Origin: Octopus vulgaris
Taxonomy: Eukaryota
DNA length: 64,000 bases
NCBI GenBank assembly: GCA_951406725.2
Contig: OX597815.1
Location: 24,118,001 to 24,182,000 of the forward strand
Direction of reading: 5' to 3'
In this document: positions 13,857 through 26,519 of the stretch, one piece after another
Layout: each line of letters begins with the position of its first letter
How positions within the stretch are numbered: the first letter of the stretch is position 1
Program-made: the position numbers and the translations under genes
The notes under the pieces: model-generated
Seen by the model: the letters and a program-made list of their open reading frames with translations, nothing else
What the model was told of the DNA's origin: nothing
The model's database searches: none

Positions 13857-14356
13857 CAATGTGTATGAGTGCATATAAATGTTTCCTTTAAAATATATGT
13901 GCATGCGTTAAAAAGTACGCTGGTGTGTATGTTTATGTGTGTGTGTATATGAGTTTATTTTTATATATGAATGTGTATATCTAAATCTGATCAAGTCGAC
14001 CCTTAATCAAGCAGACCTTTGATAAAAAGCATTCCTGCAATAATCACCCCGCCTTTTTCCCTCAGTCTTTTTGGACGATGGAGTAGGGTTTTTTGGGGGG
14101 GGGTTTGTGAGATTTTGTGTCTATTTCGTGTACGCCAAGCAACTGTACACAAAGTTCTCCATCTCGATCAAGCTGAATAAGGGATAAAGATCCTTTCCAA
14201 AGTCCTATAGACTCAGAGGACCGATTTTCCGGTTTCCATGGTGTATATATTTTCCACCTGGACAGGACTCCAGTCCATCGCAGGATTACTCATCTTTGCC
14301 AGCTGAGTGAACTGGAGCAACTGCAATCTTACGATCATGAGTCCAACACCCTAACT

Positions 14357-14440
14357 CAGTGCTTTTCAAACTTTTTGCTGGAGCGCGGACTGTACTGGCG
14401 GAACCCCAAGGTTCCGCGGAACCCTGGTTGAAAACCACTG
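14357..14440. mobile_element. 84-bp hAT-type MITE nested in an H2/T3 SINE (about 14210-14465, minus strand)
   Basis: TIRs CAGTGCTTTTCAA and TTGAAAACCACTG; 8-bp TSD CCCTAACT/CCCTAACC. Confidence 0.8.
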
Positions 14441-15051
14441 CCCTAACCAGTAAGCCACACACATCCACCTTGATCTAGTAGTGTACAATTATGTGTCTAG
14501 CATATGCATATGCCCCCCCCACGCACACACACACGTGTACTCAACATCTCTGATGTACATAACGGCCAAAAATTGTTTCCTTCATTTTAAAAACTTATCT
14601 TTGAGCTTATATAGTATTTGGAGAATCATGATGAAAGTAAGGCGAGTAAATACACACAATTCAAGAAGACTGAAAAAAGTCTACCCCGGCAAAAATTGTA
14701 TTTATTGGTCTAAATGGAAAATTATTGAAATTGGTTTGCTATTGGGACTGTAAACCACTGTCGTTTCAGACACAGGACTTTTATCAGAAAGAGAAAAGAT
14801 GTTACCAACTTAAATAATTTTAATTTTATAAGTAAATGGATTTCTCTCGGTTTCGACAATGAGTATTCAGTTGTTCTATCAACTGAACTATCTGCTCATT
14901 GAATTTGTCAATAAGTGGCTGAATATTCCACAGACACGTGTATTCTTAAAGGAATTCTCAGGCAAAAGTAGCGTGACACAGTGCATAACAACCCTGGACC
15001 TTTGGATTTAAAGCAAATCTATCCGACGGACTTCCAAACAATCTCTGTCTT

Positions 15052-15475
15052 GGATCTTTTCGGTTTGAACGACAGTTTTTTAAAATAATTTCCACGTAAC
15101 TAAACACTTTTAAACTTCGTATACTGGTAGAATGTGTTTATAAAACATCTTTTTCTCTTGGCTTTATTGAGAAAATTCTATAGTTTGTAAGATATTTGTT
15201 GTTGTTTTTCATCAATTTCTGCAATTTCAACCAATCAATGACGTCTATTGAGGTGAAAAACATTCTGAGCCGTATGAATATGTCCCTCGTTTAAGAAACA
15301 GATTGGGTTTATTTACATTTGTGAAGAAAAAAAGATACCCTTCCCTCCACCCCTAACCCTAACCCTAACCCTAAAACAGATTGAAATGCAATAGATCGAT
15401 ACTAGGGTCATAATTATGGGTGACAATTTCATATGACACCGCTAGAAAAAACTGCCGTTCAAAACGAAAAGATCC
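15052..15475 (+). mobile_element. MITE family C, full length
   Basis: GGATCTTTTCGGTTTGAACG..CGTTCAAAACGAAAAGATCC; internal (CCCTAA)4. Confidence 0.88.
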
Positions 15476-16889
15476 TCTACTTCACAAATTCACTCACAAA
15501 GCTTGAATCAACCCGAAATTATTGTAAACGACACGTGTCCAAGATGTCACGCAATAGGATCGAACCCAAGACACCATATCTGCGAAGTGAACTTCTTAAC
15601 CATCCTCCCCAATAAGTAAATAGACTTCTTTTCTTTTCTCGCTCCCCTCTTTCACTTATTTGTATTACGTTTTGCTGACGCAAACAACTCTGTCTCGGAT
15701 TCTACTGTTTTGCTAATTAGTTGGTCAGGTGTTAAAAAGAGATATGTGATGGTTAATGAATATTCAGTTTTGAATGCTATGTTTAACACGAGGCAAACAG
15801 ACCCACTATATTGCATAAACTGAAGTCAATTTGTTACTGCACAAATTGTTGTATGCAGTACTTCTAGTCAATAGAATAACGGTGTGGTTCTACAACAATC
15901 AGGCAGTTTTATCGTGAGATTTGTTTATTATTATCTGCAACAACCTAAATCAAATTGATTGGTACTGTAGAAAATAAATACAAAAAAAACAACAACAAAA
16001 ATACAGTTAAATGTTGAATAAGAATTAAAAGGTCGTACAAGGTAACACTAACTGTTAGTTAAAACTACCTATGGACTAGTTTTTTTGTGTTTTTTTTAAC
16101 GGTAACGTTTCGAGTGAATTTATTATACTAATGCACTTAAGTGACATAGATATGAGGAGAATAGGTAAAACAGGTAAAGATAACTGGTCGCAAATAACAG
16201 GACCACGCTAGAGAAGTAGATTACAGAAGAAAGTAACTTGTTTTTCAACGAGGTCAGAAAGTTTGTTATAATTTAACACCAGGTCAGCTCGATCAAAGCT
16301 GACCTATGAGTAAAAGCTTTCCAGAGCAACCATTTAGCCATTTTTCTTTTCTTTTTAGACATAATAATATTTAAGATCACATAATTGAATGACTATGTCC
16401 TTGTTTAAAAGGTTGGTTTGACTGCGATTTCTAACAGATCAAGCGACCGTGTAAACATTATCTCGCTAGCTTGTGTTAGGAAAGTCACTTTGAAGATAAA
16501 ATGAACGGATAAGAATATCTGAGAATAATTAGGCAAAGTGCTTTAATGAGGAAGACTTCATATCCATCTTAAACCCATCTCTGAGAGATCAATACAGTTG
16601 CTGTTGTCAATTAATCCCAGACCAATCTTGGTTGAGCAAAGCTATTTTTTACTTGTATCAGTCATTAAACTACAATCATGCTTCATCACCGCCTTGAGAA
16701 TTTTTAGCCGAATAAACCGACTAAATTATATATTTAAAGCCTAGAACTTGTCCTGTCGGTTTCTTTTACCGAATCGTTAAGTTACAGGGACGTAAACACA
16801 CCTACACCGGTTGTCATTCAATGACGGTGGACAAACACGGACACAAAGACACACTCATATATATAAACACAAATACATGCATACAGACA

Positions 16890-16959
<70 letters not shown>

Positions 16960-17100
16960 TACATATATACATATATTACGGAAATGCACTTGCATAGCAA
17001 GTGACTTGATCTGAGATCGTGTGCTGAAACAAAAACAATTGCAGTCTGGAAGACGTTTGTAAACCATTCAAGTACACACGTGCACATACACAAACATGCG

Positions 17101-17131
<31 letters not shown>

Positions 17132-17329
17132 CCATATAAAAATGTGTGTGTGTATGTTCTCGCGCGCGCGTCTGTATGTGTATGTGTAGGATACGACCGT
17201 ACGTAAGGAGGTTGGCGACAAATGTCTCCTTTTGACGTCGCACGGTCGCTCCTAACAAGATAAGAGAAGCCATATACATGACATATAATACAGTGCCAAA
17301 AGATATAATGAAGGACAACAAACCGTTCC

Positions 17330-18175
17330 TGTTTAAGAGAGACGAGATAGCTTTATTTACATGGTACAAAGTGAAAGTGTTGTGTGTGCTAGCAAGATGG
17401 AGCATGTGTGCATGCAACATGTGTCTGTGTGTTAGTGTGTGTGACAGAAGGTACAGAGAAAGGTGTATGTAAATACAACAGAAATACAGAGCATAAGATA
17501 AGTCTCAGCATATTGAGTTAAGATAGAGTTTAGTTTACCATTTCATTAGTTACACGAAGCAAGAGTTCTATAACAAGATGTTGTGTCTCGAGGCGGAGAC
17601 CGGTTGGGCGAATATGCAGCGGTTGGAGCCTCAGCGCCGAGCTGAGTCTCTTGATATAGTATTTCTTTAGATGGACTGGCTGTTTTACTTGGTGAAAGGT
17701 TCACTCTAACAGCGTGAGTTAAACTTGGTCGGTGTTGTTGATGTATACATGCTGTTGACGGTGGAATGGCGACGATGGTCATGATGGCGGCGGAGATAGA
17801 AAACGTTCTGTCTGTTGCTGGTATATAATAGCGTCTTCATAGCTGGAGCAATAGCAGGGCTGGCTGACTGGTCGTCTATCGCTGTAACAGGAATATGGCT
17901 GAGTAGCTCTGTGGTCAGTGACTAGACCTTAAAAGGTCTGGAGTCGAAAGACAAAGAATAGTGAAAGCAGGCCTTTTTATAGGGAAAAAATGGCTCAAAC
18001 AAACAGGCCTTATCCGAAGGCCGTGATTGGCTGGCTTTACACAGTGGAGCGAAATAACTAGAGAGACAAACCGCGCCACATGCCAACCAATCAGATCAGT
18101 GGACACAACAGGGACAAACCAGCCAAAGATGGCTGTAATCTAAAACGAGATCATTCTTATTGTGTTTCTCAAACA
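17330..18175 (-). mobile_element. Putative solo LTR (~845 bp)
   Basis: TG..CA ends with imperfect inverted termini (TGTTTAAGAGAGAC versus reverse complement TGTTTGAGAAACAC). The minus strand has CCAAT motifs, TATAAAA near 17981 and AATAAA near the 3' end. No matching TSD. Confidence 0.5.
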
Positions 18176-18437
18176 GTCAAATTTTACTAATGCACATGGA
18201 GTGTCGTGGGGCATAAAAATTTTCAACTTCTTGCCTAATGCGTGCCCGGAGCAATCTCGGTATAGCGAGTCAAAAGTGAAACAATAACATCTCAATTGTA
18301 ATGTGAAATAATAGTTTTACTTTTAATACTTTCACTATGTAAATAATATATACATAGTAAAACTATTAAAGTGAAACAATTATCTCATATTACATATATA
18401 CATGCACACACACACACACATATATATAAATACATAC

Positions 18438-18474
<37 letters not shown>

Positions 18475-18475
<1 letters not shown>

Positions 18476-19351
18476 TTGAGGAGATAAATTAATATTAATA
18501 TTAATATCAATTTAAAACCAGTAGTCCAGCATTCAAAAAATCTGAGGAGTCAGAGAAGATTCAAATATATGTGTATATTGGCAGGGCTGGCCTGCTAGGT
18601 AGCCGGCCAGAATGCTAGAAATAGATCATAAACGATCAAACTACAAGGGAAATTCTCTAGAGGAAGAATTCAGCGAACACCAGAACCAAATTTGGCGGGC
18701 AGGACATATGAAAACGAAACCGAGGTATGCATTTAAGTCTGTTTTTTATTTAATTTTTCATATGTCCTGCCCGCCAAATTTGGTTCTGGTGTTCGCTGAA
18801 TTCTTCCTCTAGAGAATTTCCCTTGTAGTTTGATCGTTTATGATCTATTTCTAGCATTCTGGCCGGCTACCTAGCAGGCCAGCCCTGCCAATATACACAT
18901 ATATTTGAATTTTCTCTGACTCCTCAGATTTTTTGAATGCTGGACTACTGGTTTTAAATTGATATTAATATTAATATTAATTTATCTCCCTCAATTTTTA
19001 AATATTTAAATAAATACGTTCCCTAGTAGTAAGCTTTACCCGCAGTGAATTATTCACTGCAGCCCTTCGCTTCAGGAGTCTCTTAGCGCGCCGGAACCAA
19101 GACATTTGAAATTTTATTCCCGATGTAATCAGTAAGACTAAGCACGTGTCTGTCTTGACACAGAGAGCTGGGGTTAGTCTTGCGGTTTGCATCTCGAGGA
19201 CCGAATGTACTGAAGAAGTCACGGACACTTGAATTATGCAAGTAATTCTTTTGTTAAGACCGAAACCGAGGTATGCATTTAAGTCTGTTTTTTATTTATT
19301 TTTTCATATGTCCTGCCCGCCAAATTTGGTTCTGGTGTTCGCTGAATTCTT
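18475..19351 (+). mobile_element. Penelope-like or retrozyme-like element: inverted arm, 546-nt unit and partial direct repeat
   Basis: 18475-18714 is the reverse complement of 18755-18995; 18715-18805 is directly repeated at 19261-19351; a hammerhead motif lies at the unit boundary. Confidence 0.75.
19204..19279 (+). ncRNA. Type I hammerhead ribozyme motif with minimal stem III
   Basis: Stem I AATGTA/TGCATT; core CTGAAGA; stem II GTC..GAC enclosing the GAATTA/TAATTC hairpin; GAAAC-CGAG-GTA with predicted cleavage after 19273. There is an A.C mismatch at the base of stem II. Confidence 0.72.
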
Positions 19352-19665
19352 TGTAAGCCCAGTACTTATTCTATCGGTCTCTTTTGCCGAACCGCTAAGT
19401 AACGGGGACGTAAACACACCAGCATCGGTTGTCAAGCAATGCTAGGGGGACACACACAGACACAAACATACATACACATATATATATATATATATACATA
19501 TATACGACGGGCTTCTTTCGGTTTCCGTCTACCAAATCCACTCACAAGGCTTTGGTCGGCCCGAGGCTATAGTAGAAGACACTTGCCCAAGATGCCACGC
19601 AGTGGGACTGAACCCGGAACCATGTGGTTAGTAAGCAAGCTACTTACCACACAGCCACTCCTGCG
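19346..19665 (-). mobile_element. SINE family B lacking its 3' tail, abutting the Penelope-like element
   Basis: Matches family B in reverse orientation. Confidence 0.85.
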
Positions 19666-20282
19666 CTAATTATAAATTATTAACACAAAATATTATATAT
19701 AATAAATATAGTATTTTCTGCTTATCTTCCCGCCTACCCTGAAAGTGAAAAGACACCGCGTGTCTTTATAAATGAATAATAACATTGAGAGAGCGATACA
19801 ACTTGAAATGAAAAAAAAAAAGAAAATGGCTGTGCTGTAATGTGAAGTCACAATAGATGTGTTAAATATATAATCAAACAATGATTGATTCTGGTCGCAA
19901 AAGAATGGCAACTAAAAGAATAACTGGGGCTTGAGTCGATGTGCTGTTTCAATATATCAATATAGATCTGTTCCAAGAAACTAACACAATAAATATTCAT
20001 GCGGTACTGATTGTATTCTTTCCAATTTTATCTTTTATCTTTTATTTGTTTCAGTCATTAGGGTGGGGCCATGCTGGAGGTACCACTTTCAAGAGCTTTT
20101 AGTCGAACGAATCAATCCCTGTACTTTTTTTTAAACCTGGTACTTATTGTATATCGGCTTCTTTTGCCGGACCACTAGGCCACGGGGACGTAAACAAACT
20201 AACACCGGTTTTCAAGCGATGACACACACACACACACACACACACACATATGAGTATGGTTATATTTTTATTAATATTTTTA

Positions 20283-20590
20283 TTAATATTTAGCAGAAGA
20301 AGCAGAGTGACTCAAGGTCCGTGAGTTTCGTTGGCACAAGTGCCAACGGACAAAACTCTGTCCTTGAATCACTCTGTTGCTTCTGCTAAATATTAAGTGT
20401 GTGTGTGTATGTGTATATATATATTATACATATATATACTTTATTATAAAGCAACAAAAATATCACAAAAAACTGTTACTCAGAGTTTTTGTGATATTTT
20501 TGCTGCTTTTTAATAAAGCATATTACTCTACCTCTGGTATTCGAGTACTTTTTTTTCCACATTGTTTCGCATTTATGTGCTTACTCTGGT
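20283..20590. repeat. Two short fold-back palindromes (20283-20396 and 20439-20518) inside the microsatellite of a family-B SINE (20035-20825)
   Basis: Arms pair by inspection; the second is homologous to the hammerhead-bearing repeat at 42465-42540. Confidence 0.7.
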
Positions 20591-20595
20591 GTGTG

Positions 20596-20662
<67 letters not shown>

Positions 20663-21614
20663 GACGGGCTTCTTTCAGTTTCCGTTTCCCAAATCCACTC
20701 GCAAAGCTTTGGTCGGCCTGAGGATATAGTGGAAGACACTTGCCCAAGGTGCCACGCAGTGGAACTGAACCTGGAATCATATGGTTGGGAAACAAAGGTC
20801 TTATGACACAGCCACACCTGCGCCTATAAGTCACGGTGAACAAATTTCAATCAATGAGATGTTCATTGTTTATGTTATACACTGGGAAAGACGGTGGATT
20901 GGCGAGATCCCTTGAGCGTTGGACAAAATACCTCGTGGTATTTGTTCCGATTTTCTATGATCTGAGTTCAAATGCCACCAAGGTCAACTTCGCTTTTCGT
21001 CTCACCGGACTCGCTAGAATAAAGTACTACTGGGATTGATTTAACGACTAAACCCTTCACCTGAGATTTCACCTTCCAAAGTTTAGAAACGATTATACAT
21101 GAATTAATTCAATGGTTTTTAAATCAATAAATACCAGCACCTGACGCACACCCAAAATACTAGTGAAATCATTGGCATCATTCCCCCTCTTATCTAAAGA
21201 AGAGTTAATAAAGAGAGGGATACGAAAATAAATATTACATCCTTACAATTCTCTTTCCTTCACTATGACATTTGACAAACTGGAAACCATTAAACATGAA
21301 GGCGGCGAGCTCGTAGTATCGTTACAGCGTCGAACGAAATACTTAGTTTTGTTTCCTGGCTCTTTACGTTCTGTGTTGAAATCCTGCCGAGGTCCACTTT
21401 GCCTTTCATCTCGGAGATCGATAAAATAAAGTATCAGTCAAGTAATAGCGTCAATGTAATCGACTTGTCCCACCCTTTAAAAATTGCTCGACTTGTGCCA
21501 AATTAAGAAAGAATCTCAGAAAACAGGGCAATTTCTTCAACATTTTTTCAAATCCAATGAGAAACATTGGATTCTCACCTTGAGACAGTGAATGGAAGAA
21601 TCAGTAGAGGGTTA

Positions 21615-21813
21615 GGATCTCTTCCGTTTGAACGGCAGTTTTTAACATAATTTCTAAATAACTAAAAAAATTTTAAACTTCGTATACTGGTAGAATGTGT
21701 TTATAAAACATCTTTTTCTCTTGGCTTTATTGAGAAAATTCTATAGTTTGTAAGGCATTTGGTCTTTAATTTCTTCAATTTCTGCAATTTCAACCAATCA
21801 CTGGCATCTATTG
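21615..21813 (+). mobile_element. MITE family C, left half only
   Basis: Left TIR plus ~200 bp of internal sequence. Confidence 0.8.
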
Positions 21814-21959
21814 AGTCAAAAAGTTTTGCTAAGTTCAGTGGTTAACCAATTCCCACCACCGCACAGAAACTTTGTAAGAAATTGCTATACATTTAAACGC
21901 GTGAATAAGCTGGAGTGGGAGAGAAGACTGTATTTACAAAAACAAATGCACACACACAC

Positions 21960-21992
<33 letters not shown>

Positions 21993-22070
21993 TGTATGTA
22001 TGTATGGTTGGATGCATAAATGTATGTATCAGTTTAATTTGCAAAAAAAACATTAATCAGAATATATATT

Positions 22071-22228
22071 GAGTGGCTGTGTGGTAAGTAGCTTGCTAAC
22101 CAACCACATGGTTCCGGGTTCAGTCCCACTGCGTGGCATCTTGGGCAAGTGTCTTCTGCTATAGCCCCGGGCCGACCAATGCCTTGTGAGTGGATTTGGT
22201 AGACGGAAACCGAAAGAAGCCTGTCGTA

Positions 22229-22271
<43 letters not shown>

Positions 22272-22842
22272 TTGTGTGTCTGTGTTTGTCCCCCTAGCAT
22301 TGCTTGACAACCGATGCTGGTGTGTTTGCGTCCCCGTCACTTAGCTGTTCGGCAAAAGAGACCGAATAGAATAAGTACTGGGCTTACAAATAATTAGTCC
22401 CGGAGTCGATTTGCTCGACTAAAGGCGGTGCTCCAGCATGGCCGCAGTCAAATGACTGAAACAAATAAAAGAGTAAAGAGTAAAGAGATATACATACTCT
22501 TTTACTCTCATTTACTTGTTTCAGTCATGTGACTGTGGCCATGCTGGAGCACCGCCTTTCGTCGAGCAAATCGACCCCAGGACTTCTTCCTTGTAAGCCT
22601 AGTACTTATTCTATCGGTCTCTTTGCTGAACCGCCAGGTTACTGAGACGTAAACACACCAACATCGGTTGTCAAGCGATGTTGGGGGGTGGGGGACAAAC
22701 ACAGACACACAAACATATATACGACGAGCTTCTTTCAGTTTCCGTCTACCAAATCCACTCACAAGGCTTTGGTCGGCCCGAGGCTATAGTAGAAGACACT
22801 TGCCCAAGGTTCCACGCAGTGAGACCGAACCCGGAACCATGT

Positions 22843-22845
<3 letters not shown>
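22071..22845. mobile_element. Two family-B SINEs tail to tail (22071-22490 plus, 22497-22845 minus)
   Basis: Both match family B, in opposite orientation with a ~10-bp spacer. Confidence 0.88.
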
Positions 22846-22897
<52 letters not shown>

Positions 22898-23149
22898 CTT
22901 CGAAACGTAGAGTAGATGAAACCATGGCGACTGAAGAAGGGGTTTTTTCCTCGTGTTATTTGTCCTGTACTCTATTTTTTTCGTTGTTTAAGAAAAATGT
23001 CCAGTTCCTTGGGTTTGTGTCTATGTTTTCGTTTCTCATTGTGTTCCACGTTTTTTTTGGTGTCCTGTACTCATATATGCGTGTATATATACATGTAGAA
23101 GTAGGTAGGTACATATATGTATATATATATGCATATGTTTTATTTATTA

Positions 23150-23211
<62 letters not shown>

Positions 23212-23212
<1 letters not shown>

Positions 23213-23400
23213 TGTTGTGTCTGGGGAAAGTCATTCTCTTTTAATGCCTTATTATTTAACATACTCATTGGTAACGTTTCCACTCATTTACTTTTTTTTA
23301 ATTTTAACTAAAATTTTCGTTACGTCTTGCAACCATTTCAATAATTATTGACTCTGTACGTTATCCGAGCTGCGTTCTTTTTGTTTGTTTGTGCGCATGT
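23212..23400 (-). mobile_element. Repeat family D copy
   Basis: Reverse complement of 3700-3890; adjacent to (TA)n. Confidence 0.6.
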
Positions 23401-23586
23401 GTGGGGGTTAGTGTGTGTGTGTGCGCGCGCATATACATGTATGTATGTATGTATGTATGTACGTACGTATGTCACAAGCTCTTTGTATTCTATTGTATTA
23501 TATATTTCTTTGTGGTAAGACCATAGCGGATCTACTTCTAGTATAGGGGTTGTCCACATAGTGGTCATCCCTCTCATATGTATATG

Positions 23587-23626
<40 letters not shown>

Positions 23627-23683
23627 CACACATTATGTATATATAGATATATATAAGTATATAGACAGACAGATGGTTATAAA

Positions 23684-23731
<48 letters not shown>

Positions 23732-24431
23732 TGAATACACATGCACACACACACACACACACACAGATTCAAACACGCACACATGCAAATGCGCGCACAG
23801 AGGCATATATATTCCGGGATGGAGTGGCATTGTTTCAACGAACAAGGCACTGTAATTCATATAACTGCAGGTTTCTTGGCTGCAAAAGAGTTGTACCAGC
23901 GAGACACATTATTTCACTTTGCTCAGCTGGCAAAAAATTAGTAGTACCAGTAATTCAAAAGACCATCCTTGTCAAATTCTGTGTTATGCTGAATCACCCA
24001 CCGAGAGCTCTGGTTAAGGGTACACGTGTCTGTAGAGTGCTCAGCCACTTGCACGTTGATTTCACGAGCAGGTTGTTCCGATGGTCAGATCAACTGGAAC
24101 CCAAGTCATCGTAACCGACAGACTATTGGTGTACGTGTGTGTCTATGTTAGTGTGTTGTACATGTTGCTGGTTAGCAAAAGGAAAGTATCTACCAGCACA
24201 AGACTACAAAAGGTAGTTTTCAATACCCGGTTGATTGAATTCCGCTTCATTTACGTCGCCAATGCTCTCAAAGAAAGCATGAATGCCAAGAAGAAAGGAA
24301 AAAAAACATGGACATCATTGCATTTTCTTTTTTATTTTCTGTGTTTGCCTTCCCCCCACCCTTTAACCTGTACTTTCTTTGTAAACAGTGAAAAATAAAT
24401 GAAAATAATAAAAAAAGAAATATTAATATTT

Positions 24432-24578
24432 GTAGCTTGCTAACCAACCACATGGTTCCGGGTTCAGTCCCACTGCGTGGCATCTTAGGTAAGTGCCGTC
24501 TGCTATAGCCCCAGGACCGACCAATGCCTTGTGAGTGGATTTGGTAGACGGAAACTGAAAGAAGCCTGTCGTATATAT

Positions 24579-24612
<34 letters not shown>

Positions 24613-24833
24613 ATATGTATTTGTGTGTCTGTGTTTGTCCCCCTAGCATTGCTTGACAACCGATGCTAGTGTGTTTACGTCCCCGTTACTTAGCGGTTCG
24701 GCAAAAGAGACCGATAGAATAAGTACTGGGCTTACAAAAAAGAATAAGTCTCGGGGGGTCGATTTGCTCGACTAAAGGCGGTGCTCCAGCATGGCCGCAG
24801 TCAAATGACTGAAACAAGTAACAGAGAAAGAGT
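24432..24833 (+). mobile_element. SINE family B
   Basis: Matches family B; AATATTAATA flanks both ends (TSD-like). Confidence 0.88.
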
Positions 24834-25255
24834 AAATATTAATAGTTTTCGCAGAGTTTAAAGCTGGCACAGAAACGGAAGAGGAAGAGAACAATAAGAA
24901 GAGGAAGAGATAATGGTGGAAGCTGGAATGTTATTTTAACAAGAGGTGGGGATGTTGGTAGTACTGGAATACTAATGGTGGTGGTGGTGGTGGTGGTGGT
25001 GGTAGTGGTGGTAGTCGCCGTTGTCGTTGTCGTTATTGTGGTAGTGGCGGTGTGTGTGTATGTGCGTGTGTGTCATGAGTTAATAGGGCGACAACTTATC
25101 TTCTGATATCAGTAGAAACATTGTTGACTAGGGAATGGTCAGGTTAACGAAATTAGTCCGGTTTTTTTTTTTTTTTACCTTAACAGAACAACAGAACAGC
25201 AGCCATAGTAGCTGAGAGCAACAGGAGAGAAATAATGTATAATAAGTAGCTGAAC

Positions 25256-25261
25256 GTGTGT

Positions 25262-25295
<34 letters not shown>

Positions 25296-25326
25296 TTGTG
25301 TGTGTCTGTCTGTATGTGTATGTCTC

Positions 25327-25357
<31 letters not shown>

Positions 25358-25384
25358 CTCTGTGTGTGTCTGTGTGTGTGTGTC

Positions 25385-25427
<43 letters not shown>

Positions 25428-25449
25428 GTGTATCTGTGTGTGTGTGTGT

Positions 25450-25498
<49 letters not shown>

Positions 25499-25545
25499 TG
25501 TGTCTCTGTGTGTGTGTGTCTGTGTGTGTGTGTGTGTGTGTGAAA

Positions 25546-25572
<27 letters not shown>
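25256..25572. repeat. Imperfect (GT)n followed by (GA)n
   Basis: Directly visible. Confidence 0.95.
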
Positions 25573-25579
<7 letters not shown>

Positions 25580-26292
25580 AACTTTGTGCGTGTGTCCGCG
25601 CGAGCATGTGTGTGTGTGTATTTTTATCACAGTTGATCAATCATTTTACGGAAAATATCGATTTCTTTTGACTAGACATACGGTTATTGTTTGCATGAGA
25701 AAGGTATGGTCGAGTAAGTCGACACTGTTATTTACATATACTTACGGTACACATTTATAGATTCTTGGGAACTGAAAGGTAGCGGTCGGTGGTGCGGCCT
25801 GGATTTGAACTCAAAAATGTGAGGACGAACTGATTGCAAGTGAAACAATGTAGTTGAACAACAACCTCTGCAAATGAAAAAGAAAGAGCCAACCAGAAAA
25901 TTTCTACTTGGTCTCAATCTTTTTACCCCTCGTTTCTTTGCCAGAAATAGCAGTCAAATCACTCTTAAAATTGTACCTTTACTATCTTCAAAACGGATGA
26001 ACACATTAGACAATGCAGCTATAGATATATATATACAAAAAGGTAGGTCGTCAGAACTCGAACGCCTTTGATCAAAGGTTTGCTTGATCAGGGCTGACGT
26101 GGCTAAACAACCACAAAAATTAGATTATTTGAAACCTTATAAGATGGAAGCAATGCAGTGAAGTCATTTCAGAATTACCTGGCTGCTATGATAAAGTGAT
26201 GGGTTACTGGATGAGGTGTGCAGTTTATTTGCAATATTTGGCTTAAAATGTGCTTTACCATGTAATTGGAGCAATTAAAGATTAATAATTAA

Positions 26293-26465
26293 AGGCGTAG
26301 GAGTGGTTGTGTGGTGTGTGGTAAGTAGCTTGCTTACGAACCACATGGTTCCGGGTTCAGTCCCACTGCGTGGTACCTTGGGCAAGTGTCTTCTGCTATA
26401 GCCTCGGGCCGATCAAAGCCTTGTGAGTGGATTTGGTAGACGGAAACTGAAAGAAGCCCGTCGTA

Positions 26466-26519
<54 letters not shown>

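Noticed and set aside
22895-22945. GAAAC..GTA..CTGAAGA as a type II hammerhead
   Set aside because: Stem I cannot form; at most the 3' half of a truncated motif starting a Penelope-like fragment.
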